The notes under the pieces: model-generated
Databases searched by the model: none
The model's input: only the letters and a program-made list of their open reading frames with translations
Told to the model about the DNA's origin: nothing
Translations under genes and position numbers: made by a program
Shown here: in pieces, positions 36,491-46,411 of the stretch
Position numbering within the stretch: the stretch's first letter is position 1
Layout: the number at the start of each line of letters is the position of its first letter
IMG/VR virus record: IMGVR_UViG_3300023174_000036
Coordinates: 124,001 to 188,000 of that record
Strand: one strand, 5' to 3'
Length of the DNA stretch: 64,000 bases

Positions 36491-38224
36491 TTAATTTTTG
36501 CCAGATCGGTCTGTTAGCCTTGCATGTTTCAATAATTCTGCATTGGTCATCTTGGAGTACTTATCTACCTGTCCAGCATCATACGGAATATTTTCCACTG
36601 TTCCACGTTTAACAAAGGTGCCGTCTTCATCGTAGCCGTCCGGACCATACCATCTTCTATAGTTGTTACCAATGTTTTTCCATCCACCTTTTTCAGTTGA
36701 TGTAACACTTGCGCCTTGATTAGTTTGCCCTAATTTTGCTCTAACCGCCGCTAATCGTTTTTGTATTGCAGGATCTTTGGATTTTGCTAACTCTGCAATA
36801 AGAGCATCAATTTGTGCTTTTAATTTTGCTAACTCTGCGGCTTGTTCTGCTGTAGGTTTATTAGCAACAACAGTTTCTTTGTCTTTTACTTTTCCTGCTT
36901 GATTAACTTCGGCTTTTTTCTCAGCATCAGTCTTTCCTTCAGGACCATTAGCAGTCTTACCATCAGTCTTACCATCAGTCTTACCATCAGTCTTACCATC
37001 AGTCTTACCATCAGTCTTACCATCAGTCTTACCATCAGTCTTACCATCAGTTTTACCATCAGTATTGGCATCTGTACTGTCATCAGTTTTATCATCTGTT
37101 GGGTTGTCTAATACTTCTTCTGGTTCAGGTAATGGTTTATCTCGCATAGCAAGGTATGCGCCGCCAGCAGCCAAAGCTACAGGAATACTGATTAATCCAC
37201 CGACTTTAAGTTTTCTACCTAACCAGCGCCAGAATCCAACTTCTTTTTCAGTGCCTTCAATTCCTTCCCATGCACCTTTATAAGATGGGTCATCTTTTAA
37301 TGTACGCTCTAATTGTTCGCTAGGAGTTTCGTTAGGTTTCTTAGGTAGCAACTCGCCTTCTTTAACTTTTATTGTACCGTCATCGAGTGCTGGCTTAACA
37401 GCATCTTTTTCTTTTGCAATTTCTTTTTTAACAAGTACTTCTTCACCAGTTTTAGGAGCAGTTGGTTCTTCTTTTGGTGATGTTGTAGATTTTGGACGTT
37501 TTGCTAATTCAAGTTCGTATTCTTTTCTTGTTACTGCTGGAATGTCTTTATTTTTTAATGCGGCTTCGAGTTCTTCTCGACTCATGCCTTGAGCTTTTTT
37601 TCTTGCAACTTCTGCACTATCAAATTTATCTTTAGGTGCTTCTGCCGGCGGCGCTGACCCTTTTTTCTTGGCTAGTTCATCAGCAAATGCTTTTCGTTCT
37701 ATTGCAGTGCCTTCTCCGGATGCAATTCTTTTTTCTAATTCAGGAATACTTAATTTTTCAGCTTTTGCAGTTGCTTCAGCGGCAGGGTCTAAGGCAGGGC
37801 CTGTTGGTTCAGCAACTGTTTTGCCAGCATTAGCACTAGTACTTTTTACCACTCTGCCTTCGTTTGCGGCTGTTTCAACTTCAGTTTTGATAACATCAGC
37901 TGTTCTGGTTGTGATTTTTTTGGGTACTTTACCGTTAACGGTTTTAATGGCATACAGTTCAGTTCCAGGCATGTGTTCCCATACTTCGGTAATTTCACGC
38001 TCAGCGAGGACCTTGACGCCCTTATCTACTTTTGGTACCATTTTCACACTAGTAATTTCAACACGCGGCCCTAGTTCTTTTATTAACTCTTTGCCGCTTT
38101 TGCCAATTAGTCTTTTTACAAATTGTTCGCCGGTTTCTCCAACAGCGCCTTCGGTTAGGGTTTTGTTTTCAATACTGTCAAGAATACGTTTAAGTTCTGA
38201 CATGTGTGTAGTTAAATTTGTCAT
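36491..38224 (-). CDS. probable internal head/ejection protein with one TM segment and DGKT repeat
   Basis: N-terminal LKRILDSIE..LTEG; hydrophobic GGLISIPVALAAGGAYLAM; (DGKT)x9. Confidence 0.55.
   Translation of the reverse strand: MTNLTTHMSELKRILDSIENKTLTEGAVGETGEQFVKRLIGKSGKELIKELGPRVEITSVKMVPKVDKGVKVLAEREITEVWEHMPGTELYAIKTVNGKVPKKITTRTADVIKTEVETAANEGRVVKSTSANAGKTVAEPTGPALDPAAEATAKAEKLSIPELEKRIASGEGTAIERKAFADELAKKKGSAPPAEAPKDKFDSAEVARKKAQGMSREELEAALKNKDIPAVTRKEYELELAKRPKSTTSPKEEPTAPKTGEEVLVKKEIAKEKDAVKPALDDGTIKVKEGELLPKKPNETPSEQLERTLKDDPSYKGAWEGIEGTEKEVGFWRWLGRKLKVGGLISIPVALAAGGAYLAMRDKPLPEPEEVLDNPTDDKTDDSTDANTDGKTDGKTDGKTDGKTDGKTDGKTDGKTDGKTDGKTANGPEGKTDAEKKAEVNQAGKVKDKETVVANKPTAEQAAELAKLKAQIDALIAELAKSKDPAIQKRLAAVRAKLGQTNQGASVTSTEKGGWKNIGNNYRRWYGPDGYDEDGTFVKRGTVENIPYDAGQVDKYSKMTNAELLKHARLTDRSGKN
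36952..37059 (-). repeat. 12 bp coding tandem repeat (CAGTCTTACCAT)x9
   Basis: Eight identical units plus one single-mismatch unit; encodes DGKT. Confidence 0.95.
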
Positions 38225-39861
38225 TGTAGGCCTTCCTCTAACCCTGTTTTTTTCCTTGCCCAGTCTATGCCAGGTTGTATAGTGTCCAAGGCCTTATCAA
38301 CCCCTTTACCTATGGCTTTGTATGTATCTGGTAAAAATTCTTTTAATATCAAAGCCGCACCATTGAATCCTGCAGAAATTAAAGCTGAAATTAACAAAGC
38401 CAATTTTGACAAATTACCTGTTAAGCCTTTATAAAATGCATCTGCATGTACTTTAAGTGCGGCGCTTACTGCTTCAGCAGCCTTTGTGGGATTTAATTTT
38501 ACTAATTCCCAATAAGGTTTACCCCAGATTTTTACCATACTTTGAATGCCACGAGCTATTCTAATAATCCATCTAACAAATATTGCACCAGCTCCTGCAT
38601 ATCCAACCACTGCAGAACCACCTGCGGTAAATGGAGCCATAATAGTTCCCACAAGTACAAACCCAGCCGCAATGCCTAAATCTATTCCAAGATCTTTAAA
38701 GCTGTATACTCCGGGTATAATTTCGTCTTCCCAAGACAAAGTGCCTTCGTTCCATATGGCATTAGGGATAGTTGTTACTATATTTTTCTCTTTCCATGTA
38801 CGGCGATCAACTCTGCCAGATTTAGTATCATCTGGATCTCCGTATTTGCTTTGTAAATACGCATCCACATCAAAGTCATCATCGTCTTTTTTAGATTTTG
38901 TATCTTTGGGTTTGTCATACTTAGACGACAAATTCAAATCAGCTTCAGCTTCTAGCAATGAGTAAGGATGATTTTTTCTATAACCAAAACTTTCAATCAG
39001 TTCTGCAATTGAAGTTTTTTTTTGATAACCAAAACTTTCAACTAGTGAAGCGGCTAGGTTAGATTCTTTAACAACACCGGGCACTGCTATTTGTTTTGCG
39101 TTGTCCCATGTAGCTCCAGCATTTGGCGCCACAGTTTGCCCGCCCGTGGCTTTTGTGCCACCCCATGTGGGATCAAATGCATGTGCATTGGCATCATCGC
39201 TATCGTCCATGGGGTCTCTAGTTGAAGTAACTTTTGCGGCCTGATCTTTTTTAGCACCAGTGTTGATATCTTCTTTAAGTTTGAGATACTGATCAACCAA
39301 GCCTTCCAGTTGAGTCATTTTTGCTTCTTCATCTGCTGATGAAACTTTAGCGGCTTGTGCCGCATCAACTGGCGCTGTTGTATTAGCCGCCACATCTGCT
39401 GATTGTTTTTTAACAGCATCAAATTCTTTTTGTGCTCCACCGCTGGATAACCAGTTGGTTAATCCTGCTGGGCCCTTTGCATTTGCAGGGATTAATCCCT
39501 TAGCGGCTAGCGGCTTCCAATCATCTGGACTTGGTGGAACGACCCGAGGATTTTCTCCAGGGTGCATTTCGCTATTAGAACTCCACGTTCTATTTCCGTA
39601 GGCCACAACAAAATCGCCTTCGCTGTTGAATAAGCCTTCAAAATTGTTTTGCTGTGCCAGTTTAGCTAACGCAATGTTACCAGCAACACGAGGATCCCAT
39701 GTGGTAAATCCAGTCCAACCGCCTTTGGCTTTTTCAGCAACAGCTTTGTCCATTGCGGCTTTTTCTACAGCGGCAATGCTTTGCAAGGTAAGAGAACCTT
39801 CTGCTTCATTGATATGATCTAATTTATTAATGAGTTCTCTAAAGTTCATTTCTTTTTCCAA
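38221..39861 (-). CDS. probable internal head/ejection protein with hydrophobic hairpins
   Basis: MNFRELINKLDHINEAE; VKES, LVES, LIES, LLEAE; C-terminal hydrophobic segments. Confidence 0.55.
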   Translation of the reverse strand: MEKEMNFRELINKLDHINEAEGSLTLQSIAAVEKAAMDKAVAEKAKGGWTGFTTWDPRVAGNIALAKLAQQNNFEGLFNSEGDFVVAYGNRTWSSNSEMHPGENPRVVPPSPDDWKPLAAKGLIPANAKGPAGLTNWLSSGGAQKEFDAVKKQSADVAANTTAPVDAAQAAKVSSADEEAKMTQLEGLVDQYLKLKEDINTGAKKDQAAKVTSTRDPMDDSDDANAHAFDPTWGGTKATGGQTVAPNAGATWDNAKQIAVPGVVKESNLAASLVESFGYQKKTSIAELIESFGYRKNHPYSLLEAEADLNLSSKYDKPKDTKSKKDDDDFDVDAYLQSKYGDPDDTKSGRVDRRTWKEKNIVTTIPNAIWNEGTLSWEDEIIPGVYSFKDLGIDLGIAAGFVLVGTIMAPFTAGGSAVVGYAGAGAIFVRWIIRIARGIQSMVKIWGKPYWELVKLNPTKAAEAVSAALKVHADAFYKGLTGNLSKLALLISALISAGFNGAALILKEFLPDTYKAIGKGVDKALDTIQPGIDWARKKTGLEEGLQ

Positions 39862-41232
39862 TTATTTTTTCTTTGTAATACTTGCGCCTTGACCAGACTT
39901 TAAATCATTAGAAATTTCTTTTTCGTCAAATGGTCTTGGTATTGAGCTAACCGCTTTATCCACTGCTTGTCTTGCATTTGCACCTGCTGACACCAAGGTA
40001 TTGGTAACTTTATTTACCACTGAGTTAGCACCTTGCTCTCCAATGTGTGGATTAATACCTTTGCTCTGCACTCCGCCTTTACGACGTTTTGCGGCAAGCT
40101 CACCAATACCATGACGAATTTGTTCTAGATTTTGTTCAAGACCCATGAACATGCCGCCTTTGGCTTTCTTACAAATTTCTTCCCAAGCAAGCAGACTATC
40201 GCTTTCTGCTAGTTCAGCTAATTCTTTTAATTGTGCGCGAGCTTGTGCAATGCGACCTTTCAAGCTCATTGGGTTTGCTTTCTCGTGTCCGTATATGTGC
40301 GGATCATTGGGATCTCCAGTCATTTCAATCGGAGTCTCCGATACTGTTTGTGCAGATTCTTTCATCAGCACTCGTTCAGCAATGGTCTTGGCATATTGAT
40401 TAATCAATGCACGTTTTTCTTCTTTGCGTTGCATAATCTCAGTTTCAGCTTCAACAAAGTATTTGTCAATTAGTCGTTCACGTGGTTGTGGTTTTGTTTT
40501 AGGTTGCTGATAATGTTGCATGGCCATTTGCACTGGCAATGCAACCTTGTGTGGATTAGTGCCTTCACTTAGTATACTAACATCATTTTTATCTACAATA
40601 GATAAGAATTTACTTAGACTGTTTTCTTGGACTGGCGCACCATTAACTTGCGCCATTGCACGACCATATGTGGCTTCTTTATCTTTGTTACCCATAGCGT
40701 ATAAATCTTTATTTGACACAATATTGTTAGCTTCCTCGCCACGGCCCTGCCATGATTTAGATGTTATTCCTTTGGCATCTCGACCCATTGCCATCTTACC
40801 TACACCTAAATCGTATTCAGTATTATGTGATACCACTTTACCTTTAGCATCAACAGTTTGGGTAGTATTCATTGGGCCAGCATTATAATTTTGTGTAGTT
40901 TGATTATTAGTCAAATCAATTGTTTGACTTGCTCCAGTGAATTGAGGTGTAGTGTATTTTATAGCCTTACCTGACTTATCATAGATAAATGTTCCAAACC
41001 CACCAGCATAAGTTTTAGTACCATCTGGATTTGTTGTTAATTTAGATCCATCGCCTTGGTCGCCATCTTGTGCAGGCAGTTGCGGTATGGGAGGAACTTT
41101 GACTGGTTTAACGGCTGGTTGATTAATCTCAGCTTCTTTGACCACACGAAGAAACTTAGACATGCTGTCAGCACCTTCTACAGGCTTTGAAGCAACACCG
41201 TCCATTGCCTGTAAAATTTTCTTCATGTCCAT
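39862..41232 (-). CDS. probable internal head protein
   Basis: MKKILQAMD, repeated SKFL.(V/I)V...E, ILSEG, MKES, VSET. Confidence 0.55.
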   Translation of the reverse strand: MDMKKILQAMDGVASKPVEGADSMSKFLRVVKEAEINQPAVKPVKVPPIPQLPAQDGDQGDGSKLTTNPDGTKTYAGGFGTFIYDKSGKAIKYTTPQFTGASQTIDLTNNQTTQNYNAGPMNTTQTVDAKGKVVSHNTEYDLGVGKMAMGRDAKGITSKSWQGRGEEANNIVSNKDLYAMGNKDKEATYGRAMAQVNGAPVQENSLSKFLSIVDKNDVSILSEGTNPHKVALPVQMAMQHYQQPKTKPQPRERLIDKYFVEAETEIMQRKEEKRALINQYAKTIAERVLMKESAQTVSETPIEMTGDPNDPHIYGHEKANPMSLKGRIAQARAQLKELAELAESDSLLAWEEICKKAKGGMFMGLEQNLEQIRHGIGELAAKRRKGGVQSKGINPHIGEQGANSVVNKVTNTLVSAGANARQAVDKAVSSIPRPFDEKEISNDLKSGQGASITKKK

Positions 41233-41236
41233 GCTA

Positions 41237-42148
41237 TTAACCTTTTAATACTCTGCTGGTTATATCTTTAATGCGAGTTAATTCTGAATTTTCTTTTAAA
41301 CTTCTAAACTGTGCAGTACCGCCGGGCATTATTGGCCCGCCATGCAAGTTGTCGCGTTCTTGTCCTGCTTTGTTGTACCACTTACCATCTTGACCTTTTG
41401 TCAGTGGTTCTCCAGTTTGATAATCTTTAGGAACAAATGGCGCAGATGGAGCAGGTTCTGGCTCGCGTTGTCTAGGTTCGCGGACATTCCATCCTGCGGC
41501 TTTCATTGCGGCAAGTGTTTGCTTTCCTGGCATTCCGGCAGTTGCTTTGCCATTTTCAATCTTGATATGTGAACCAAACCCAATGGTATGGATATTGTCT
41601 GTTAATTCAAGCCAATATATTTTACCTTGTGTATCAAATACAGTAGGATAATTCTGCCCATCATAGTTAGTTGTTGTTAAAGTAAATCCATTTCCTAAAT
41701 CCTGATCAGCACCTTCTTCTAAACCAATAGCACCTTTAATTTTATCTACTATGCTTGGCTTTTGCATACTTGGCGGTAAGCAATTGTTTGGTAATGTCTT
41801 AACAACACTTGGATTTCTCGCCATCCATTCTTTAGCAGGTAACACAGGAATGTAATTTCCTTTAGAATCTAACGGTGCTCCGTTTCCGGCACCAGGTTCC
41901 CCAGCCATAGCTTCTGCACTGCGAAGATTTTCAATACGCCATTTAATTTGATTTCTTTCCCACGGCTCACGGGCACGTGATAACAAATCATTAAGTTGCC
42001 TAAATTGTGGATTTTTATTGTTATAGTCTTTATCAGCTTGATCAGCTTCTGCACGATCGTCCCCAGGCCATCCAGGCTGACCATTTAGCTCAGATAATCG
42101 AGTATTATACTCAAAAATAAATCCTGGTTCAACATCAGTTATACGCAT
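41237..42148 (-). CDS. probable internal head protein
   Basis: MRITDV, LEEG, terminal LKENSELTRIKDIT. Confidence 0.55.
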   Translation of the reverse strand: MRITDVEPGFIFEYNTRLSELNGQPGWPGDDRAEADQADKDYNNKNPQFRQLNDLLSRAREPWERNQIKWRIENLRSAEAMAGEPGAGNGAPLDSKGNYIPVLPAKEWMARNPSVVKTLPNNCLPPSMQKPSIVDKIKGAIGLEEGADQDLGNGFTLTTTNYDGQNYPTVFDTQGKIYWLELTDNIHTIGFGSHIKIENGKATAGMPGKQTLAAMKAAGWNVREPRQREPEPAPSAPFVPKDYQTGEPLTKGQDGKWYNKAGQERDNLHGGPIMPGGTAQFRSLKENSELTRIKDITSRVLKG

Positions 42149-42152
42149 ACTA

Positions 42153-43958
42153 TTAACCGTTCAAACGTGTCAAGAATTGTTTCATGCGATCTAAGTCCGC
42201 TGATTCTTTAACAGGGTATGTTTTTCCATCCACTTTGAATTCAGTCTTGCCAGCTTTTCTAGCCGCGTCTAATTCTCCTGAAAATTCGTTACCCTCATCA
42301 GCCACATCATTGCCTTTGGTAGGTTTGTCTTTTTTCTGAACAGCTGATTTTTCGGCAATGTATGCTTGTGTTTCTTTAATGTTCTTCCACATAGCGGCAG
42401 CGGCAATCTTTTCACCTTTCTCACCACCACCAGCAGCCTTGGCCACTTTGTCAAAACTCTTACCTGGCTTGCCAATGTCTTTGCCTGCTTTAGCATCTTT
42501 AACTACAGCTGACTTCTTAGCCTTGCTTAGACCTGCACTTGGTTTGGCGGCCTCTGGTAAATTTGGACGAGGATGAGTGCCTTGTGCTGATTTGATACTG
42601 CCTTTTAAACTACTGACGTGATTTCTACTTGGCATGCCTTTGCGTTTGCCGTGTGTGTTCATCGAACCAGCACCGCCGCGGCCGTATCCTTTGACTAGTG
42701 GATCATTGTGGTCAAATTCGCCACCGCCCTTTAGATTCTTTTCGCCCGGATAGTCATCTGGTTTTGGACCATTGTAATAATCATCATCATGATAATCATA
42801 CTGGTCATAATCACGCGGCTCTTGAGTATACAATTTGTCTTTGTGTTTAGGATCACGCCACTTGGCAGCTTCTTTAACTGTCTTGCCGCCTTTTTCATCT
42901 TTACCAAGACGTCCGGCAATAACATCACCGCGTGTTACTTTGTCGTATGGTTTGGCATTGTTGGCCAAGTTGCCATCGCCTTTCTTTTTAGCTTCGTAAA
43001 CGCCTGTGCCATAAGTTTCGTCAACTTCTTTGGCTTTCTTTGGTTTAGCAGGAGCACCATCTCTGTTGTCAAACTTCTCGCTGTCCTTCATGCCCCAAGT
43101 CTTGGCACTCTTTGGACTTTGCTTTTGTGCTGGAGCTCGCTTTGCTTTCTCTTCAGCTGATTGTGCTTTGGCATGACTTGCTTTGCCTTTGCCTGATTTA
43201 GCCATCGAATCCAGCTCGTCGCCGTCATCTTTGTAGCTGGTATTTTTATGAATTACACCTGTGTCAGTTTTAGTTAATTCGCCAGTGGCTGTTTTCTTTG
43301 TGGAACCCACTTTGGCATTTGCATCAAAATCTTCGTCCACTTCTTCGTCGTCTGGAATACCATTGTGGTTACGGTCAAGACGTTTGCTGGCAGCATGGAA
43401 CGCTTTGGCTTGACGATTGTATTTTTCAACTTTTGATTTAACATGATCTGGAATTGCTTTAGGCTCTTCGTAAACCATTCCACTGCCGCCACATTCTGTA
43501 CATTCACGATGTCCACCACTCAAAATACCTTCGGCAATTTTGTCGTCGGCATCGGCTTTGATTTTTTCTGCGTGTACTTTCTTAAGCTCTTTAACTTTAG
43601 ATTTAGCCTCCATCAGGCGATTATTAATAATACGCTTTTGGCTTTCGGTATAAACTTCGCTGTCTTCAAGAGCTTTGCCATACTGGCTAAACTTCATTTC
43701 ATATTCAAGATAATGGTAAACGGATGCAATATAGTCAGCGGCTTTGGTAATCTTGGCTTGCACCCAGGCTTCCATCTGATCTTCATCATTAATCTGTTTA
43801 AACAGCTTGTGTGAATAGTTTGCAATCTTGTATAAATCAGCTTTGGCCATTGCACCTTCGCGATCGGACTGTCCGGGCTGTAATCCAATTACATTTTCCG
43901 CGTCTTGCGACATGATTTCTGGCTCTGCTGGTCCCATTGGGTTCATTTGATCTGACAT
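42153..43958 (-). CDS. probable internal head protein, Lys/Asp-rich
   Basis: Late promoter at 43983..43989; IAEG, VDED, VDET, VKEA, LPEA, terminal VKESADLDRMK. Confidence 0.6.
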   Translation of the reverse strand: MSDQMNPMGPAEPEIMSQDAENVIGLQPGQSDREGAMAKADLYKIANYSHKLFKQINDEDQMEAWVQAKITKAADYIASVYHYLEYEMKFSQYGKALEDSEVYTESQKRIINNRLMEAKSKVKELKKVHAEKIKADADDKIAEGILSGGHRECTECGGSGMVYEEPKAIPDHVKSKVEKYNRQAKAFHAASKRLDRNHNGIPDDEEVDEDFDANAKVGSTKKTATGELTKTDTGVIHKNTSYKDDGDELDSMAKSGKGKASHAKAQSAEEKAKRAPAQKQSPKSAKTWGMKDSEKFDNRDGAPAKPKKAKEVDETYGTGVYEAKKKGDGNLANNAKPYDKVTRGDVIAGRLGKDEKGGKTVKEAAKWRDPKHKDKLYTQEPRDYDQYDYHDDDYYNGPKPDDYPGEKNLKGGGEFDHNDPLVKGYGRGGAGSMNTHGKRKGMPSRNHVSSLKGSIKSAQGTHPRPNLPEAAKPSAGLSKAKKSAVVKDAKAGKDIGKPGKSFDKVAKAAGGGEKGEKIAAAAMWKNIKETQAYIAEKSAVQKKDKPTKGNDVADEGNEFSGELDAARKAGKTEFKVDGKTYPVKESADLDRMKQFLTRLNG

Positions 43959-43985
43959 ATTTGTAACTCCGTTAACTTGTAATAT

Positions 43986-44588
43986 TTATCTTTTGACGCT
44001 GCCGCCGCCCAATAGGTTGGCACCCTTCATATCAAGGGCATTTTTAGCAGTACCATCTTTGTTCTTAGGCTGTTTTACTGGTTTGTTCTTGTATACTGCA
44101 CCAACGCCCACATTGGCCGCAGTAGTCATGTTTCCAGGTGCGCTGGCGAATTCTTTTAGGGTTTCACTGACCGGAGCGCCAGTTTCGTGTACTGAAGCTT
44201 TTTTACCTTTGTTTTGCAAACTTCTAGCCACAGCTTCTGCGTGTGATTTGCTACCAAACACCTTCCAAGTTTTACCATCTATTGCAACTGCGTAATTGTT
44301 AGTTTCATGGCCTAATTCGTGTTCCATCTCACGACGTTTGAATTCACGTTTTTCGCGATCCCCAAATCCAGTACGATTGTCATCGTAGTTACGATAGCTT
44401 TCAGCCACACTTTCCTTCTTGGCAGTTTTGGCCGCATCTTTCCATGCTTGTGCTGTGGGCGCTTTAGGACTATCAGCATCTCTACTAGTGCCTGCTTTTT
44501 TACGTTTGTTCACATAGTAGTATAGTCCTTTCTTTTCACTTTCTACTATATCTTTTTTAACACTTTCATCTAATTCATGCATTTTCAT
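43986..44588 (-). CDS. probable internal head protein
   Basis: MKMHELDES, IVES, VAES, VSET, LKE. Confidence 0.55.
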   Translation of the reverse strand: MKMHELDESVKKDIVESEKKGLYYYVNKRKKAGTSRDADSPKAPTAQAWKDAAKTAKKESVAESYRNYDDNRTGFGDREKREFKRREMEHELGHETNNYAVAIDGKTWKVFGSKSHAEAVARSLQNKGKKASVHETGAPVSETLKEFASAPGNMTTAANVGVGAVYKNKPVKQPKNKDGTAKNALDMKGANLLGGGSVKR

Positions 44589-44896
44589 AATTTTTTCTCC
44601 CCAGTCATGTATGGTAAACTAAACCATAATTTGAACCATTCAGGAGTTCCTGGTTTAATATTGTTTTTGCGCTGTATCTCACCGTTGTTATCGCCGGTTA
44701 CACTGATGTTGCTGCCTAAGCTAGCACGATACTCGTGTAGTCTTGCTTCACCACCTAGACCACCTAGACCAGCCAGTGCTTTTAATTCGTGTATAGGATC
44801 ATTGGGATCGAGATAACAATCGTCATCTGCACTTTGATTCAAATCCTGTGTAGTGATCCTATATTGTTTCATTTTAAACTTGCTCTTAACATCCAA
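44585..44896 (-). CDS. hypothetical protein
   Basis: Ends PGTPEWFKLWFSLPYMTG. Confidence 0.6.
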   Translation of the reverse strand: MDVKSKFKMKQYRITTQDLNQSADDDCYLDPNDPIHELKALAGLGGLGGEARLHEYRASLGSNISVTGDNNGEIQRKNNIKPGTPEWFKLWFSLPYMTGEKKL

Positions 44897-45306
44897 CTGT
44901 GTTTCTTATGCGCATCCTGACGATCTGCAAAGAAGTTACTTAGTCCGTGATCACCAGCATCTTCGGCCATGGCAAACACTATCTTGAACATGTTGGCCAT
45001 TTTATCACTATCAGCTAACAGTTCGCGTAACATACTTTGAAAATCTGGAACTGAGTTCTCATCTTCAATCTTGCTCAGCATACTAAATTTGCTGTAACTA
45101 GCAGGCGCATAAATTTGCAAAGCACGTAGTTCTTCTGCAAATTTATCAACTACTCCATACACTTCGTCATATATTCTTTCAAACAACAAATGATGCTGAT
45201 AAAACAACGGCCCTTCGGTATTCCAGTGAAAGTTTTGCGCCTTTAATGCAAATGAATATTCGCTGGCAAATGCTGTTTTTAATGCTAAATGATATTTTTC
45301 GTCCAC
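44869..45306 (-). CDS. dps: Dps/ferritin-like DNA-protection protein
   Basis: KAQNFHWNTEG..FY..H.LFE.IY....D.FAE.LR, HKKHSWML. Confidence 0.9.
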   Translation of the reverse strand: MDEKYHLALKTAFASEYSFALKAQNFHWNTEGPLFYQHHLLFERIYDEVYGVVDKFAEELRALQIYAPASYSKFSMLSKIEDENSVPDFQSMLRELLADSDKMANMFKIVFAMAEDAGDHGLSNFFADRQDAHKKHSWMLRASLK

Positions 45307-45307
45307 T

Positions 45308-46411
45308 TTAAACTCCGTATTTGTTTCGTTTAGGTTTTGCTACAGGACTGACTTTATGAGTAGAATCCAATTCTCGACTCTTCATATCGCCTTTATTTGT
45401 ATCCTTGTAACTAGCACCAACAACCTTATATGCTTGTTTAAGCATGTCTTGTTCTTCTTGTGTATAAGGATGAGTTGTTTTTTGTTTACCAATCCAGCTC
45501 TTGGCCTTCATCTCAATAGGGTCTTTGCCGTTAGCACCAGCCACGGCCATGCCTAATCGATATGCGGTGTAATCACCGCTAACATGCTCGCTATCACCGT
45601 AAGTATTAACACCTCTAGTGGGCTGTTGTTGTCGCTTGGTCATTTTAGCCTGCGATGACTCTAGCATTGCAGTCATTTCTCTAATTTGTTCTGCTAGTTG
45701 AAATGCACGAAGATTTTTCTTTGGTGTATTCTTGTTTACGTCAACTGTGGTGTTTTGTTTTGTAATAATACCAACACCTGCGGCATCTTCTTTGGCTTTA
45801 ACTGCTTTTTTAACTTTTTCTGGATACTGATTTAAATAATATGCAACCACATCAAATATAGGTTTTGCTTCACCATCAACTTCGACGGTCACACTAGGAT
45901 CAATGCCCATGTCTTTATAGAACGCATTACGGTCACCGGTTCTTACAGCCTTACGCAAATCCGTTGCACTTGCCAATCGTTCTGTTGCAACATGCTCAAT
46001 ATTTTTAAATTTATACATACCATGTTCGCTTTCAGCGCCATTGTATTTGACCAATACGTCAGCTAACCATGTTTCATCGGTATATACTTTCAAATGTACA
46101 TTTTCACCATACTTGTCGTAAACACTGGTGGCTAATGTTAGCAAACTTTGTTCAGGAACAACATGACCTGCAACTGGCGGAAATACTGCGGCCATGCATT
46201 GTAATTTAACATCATAGGGTAATGGATCTTTAGGGCCGCTAGTGCTGTCGTTAGTTCCTACATACCAAATTGGATTTTTGCTGGCTGCTTTCCATACACC
46301 TTTGTGACCTTTGTGCGGAGGATTAAAGCGTCCAAATGAAATCCCAATAGTCTTTATACTATTAGTTGGTTGCTCACCTTCAAACATTTCTCTTAACTTC
46401 ATGGTACCCAC
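45308..46411 (-). CDS. cytidyltransferase-like (HIGH) domain fused to head-protein-like C-terminal domain
   Basis: SFGRFNPPHKGH, DPL, ASAT.LR. Confidence 0.7.
   Translation of the reverse strand: MGTMKLREMFEGEQPTNSIKTIGISFGRFNPPHKGHKGVWKAASKNPIWYVGTNDSTSGPKDPLPYDVKLQCMAAVFPPVAGHVVPEQSLLTLATSVYDKYGENVHLKVYTDETWLADVLVKYNGAESEHGMYKFKNIEHVATERLASATDLRKAVRTGDRNAFYKDMGIDPSVTVEVDGEAKPIFDVVAYYLNQYPEKVKKAVKAKEDAAGVGIITKQNTTVDVNKNTPKKNLRAFQLAEQIREMTAMLESSQAKMTKRQQQPTRGVNTYGDSEHVSGDYTAYRLGMAVAGANGKDPIEMKAKSWIGKQKTTHPYTQEEQDMLKQAYKVVGASYKDTNKGDMKSRELDSTHKVSPVAKPKRNKYGV

Noticed and set aside
36952-37059. Possible CRISPR array
   Set aside because: Head-to-tail 12 bp units with no spacers, in frame inside a CDS; it is a coding VNTR
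37668-38282. Long opposite-strand ORFs (this one and others such as 15280..15786, 60004..60354, 61398..61802)
   Set aside because: Antisense shadows of well-supported genes, with no RBS or motif support
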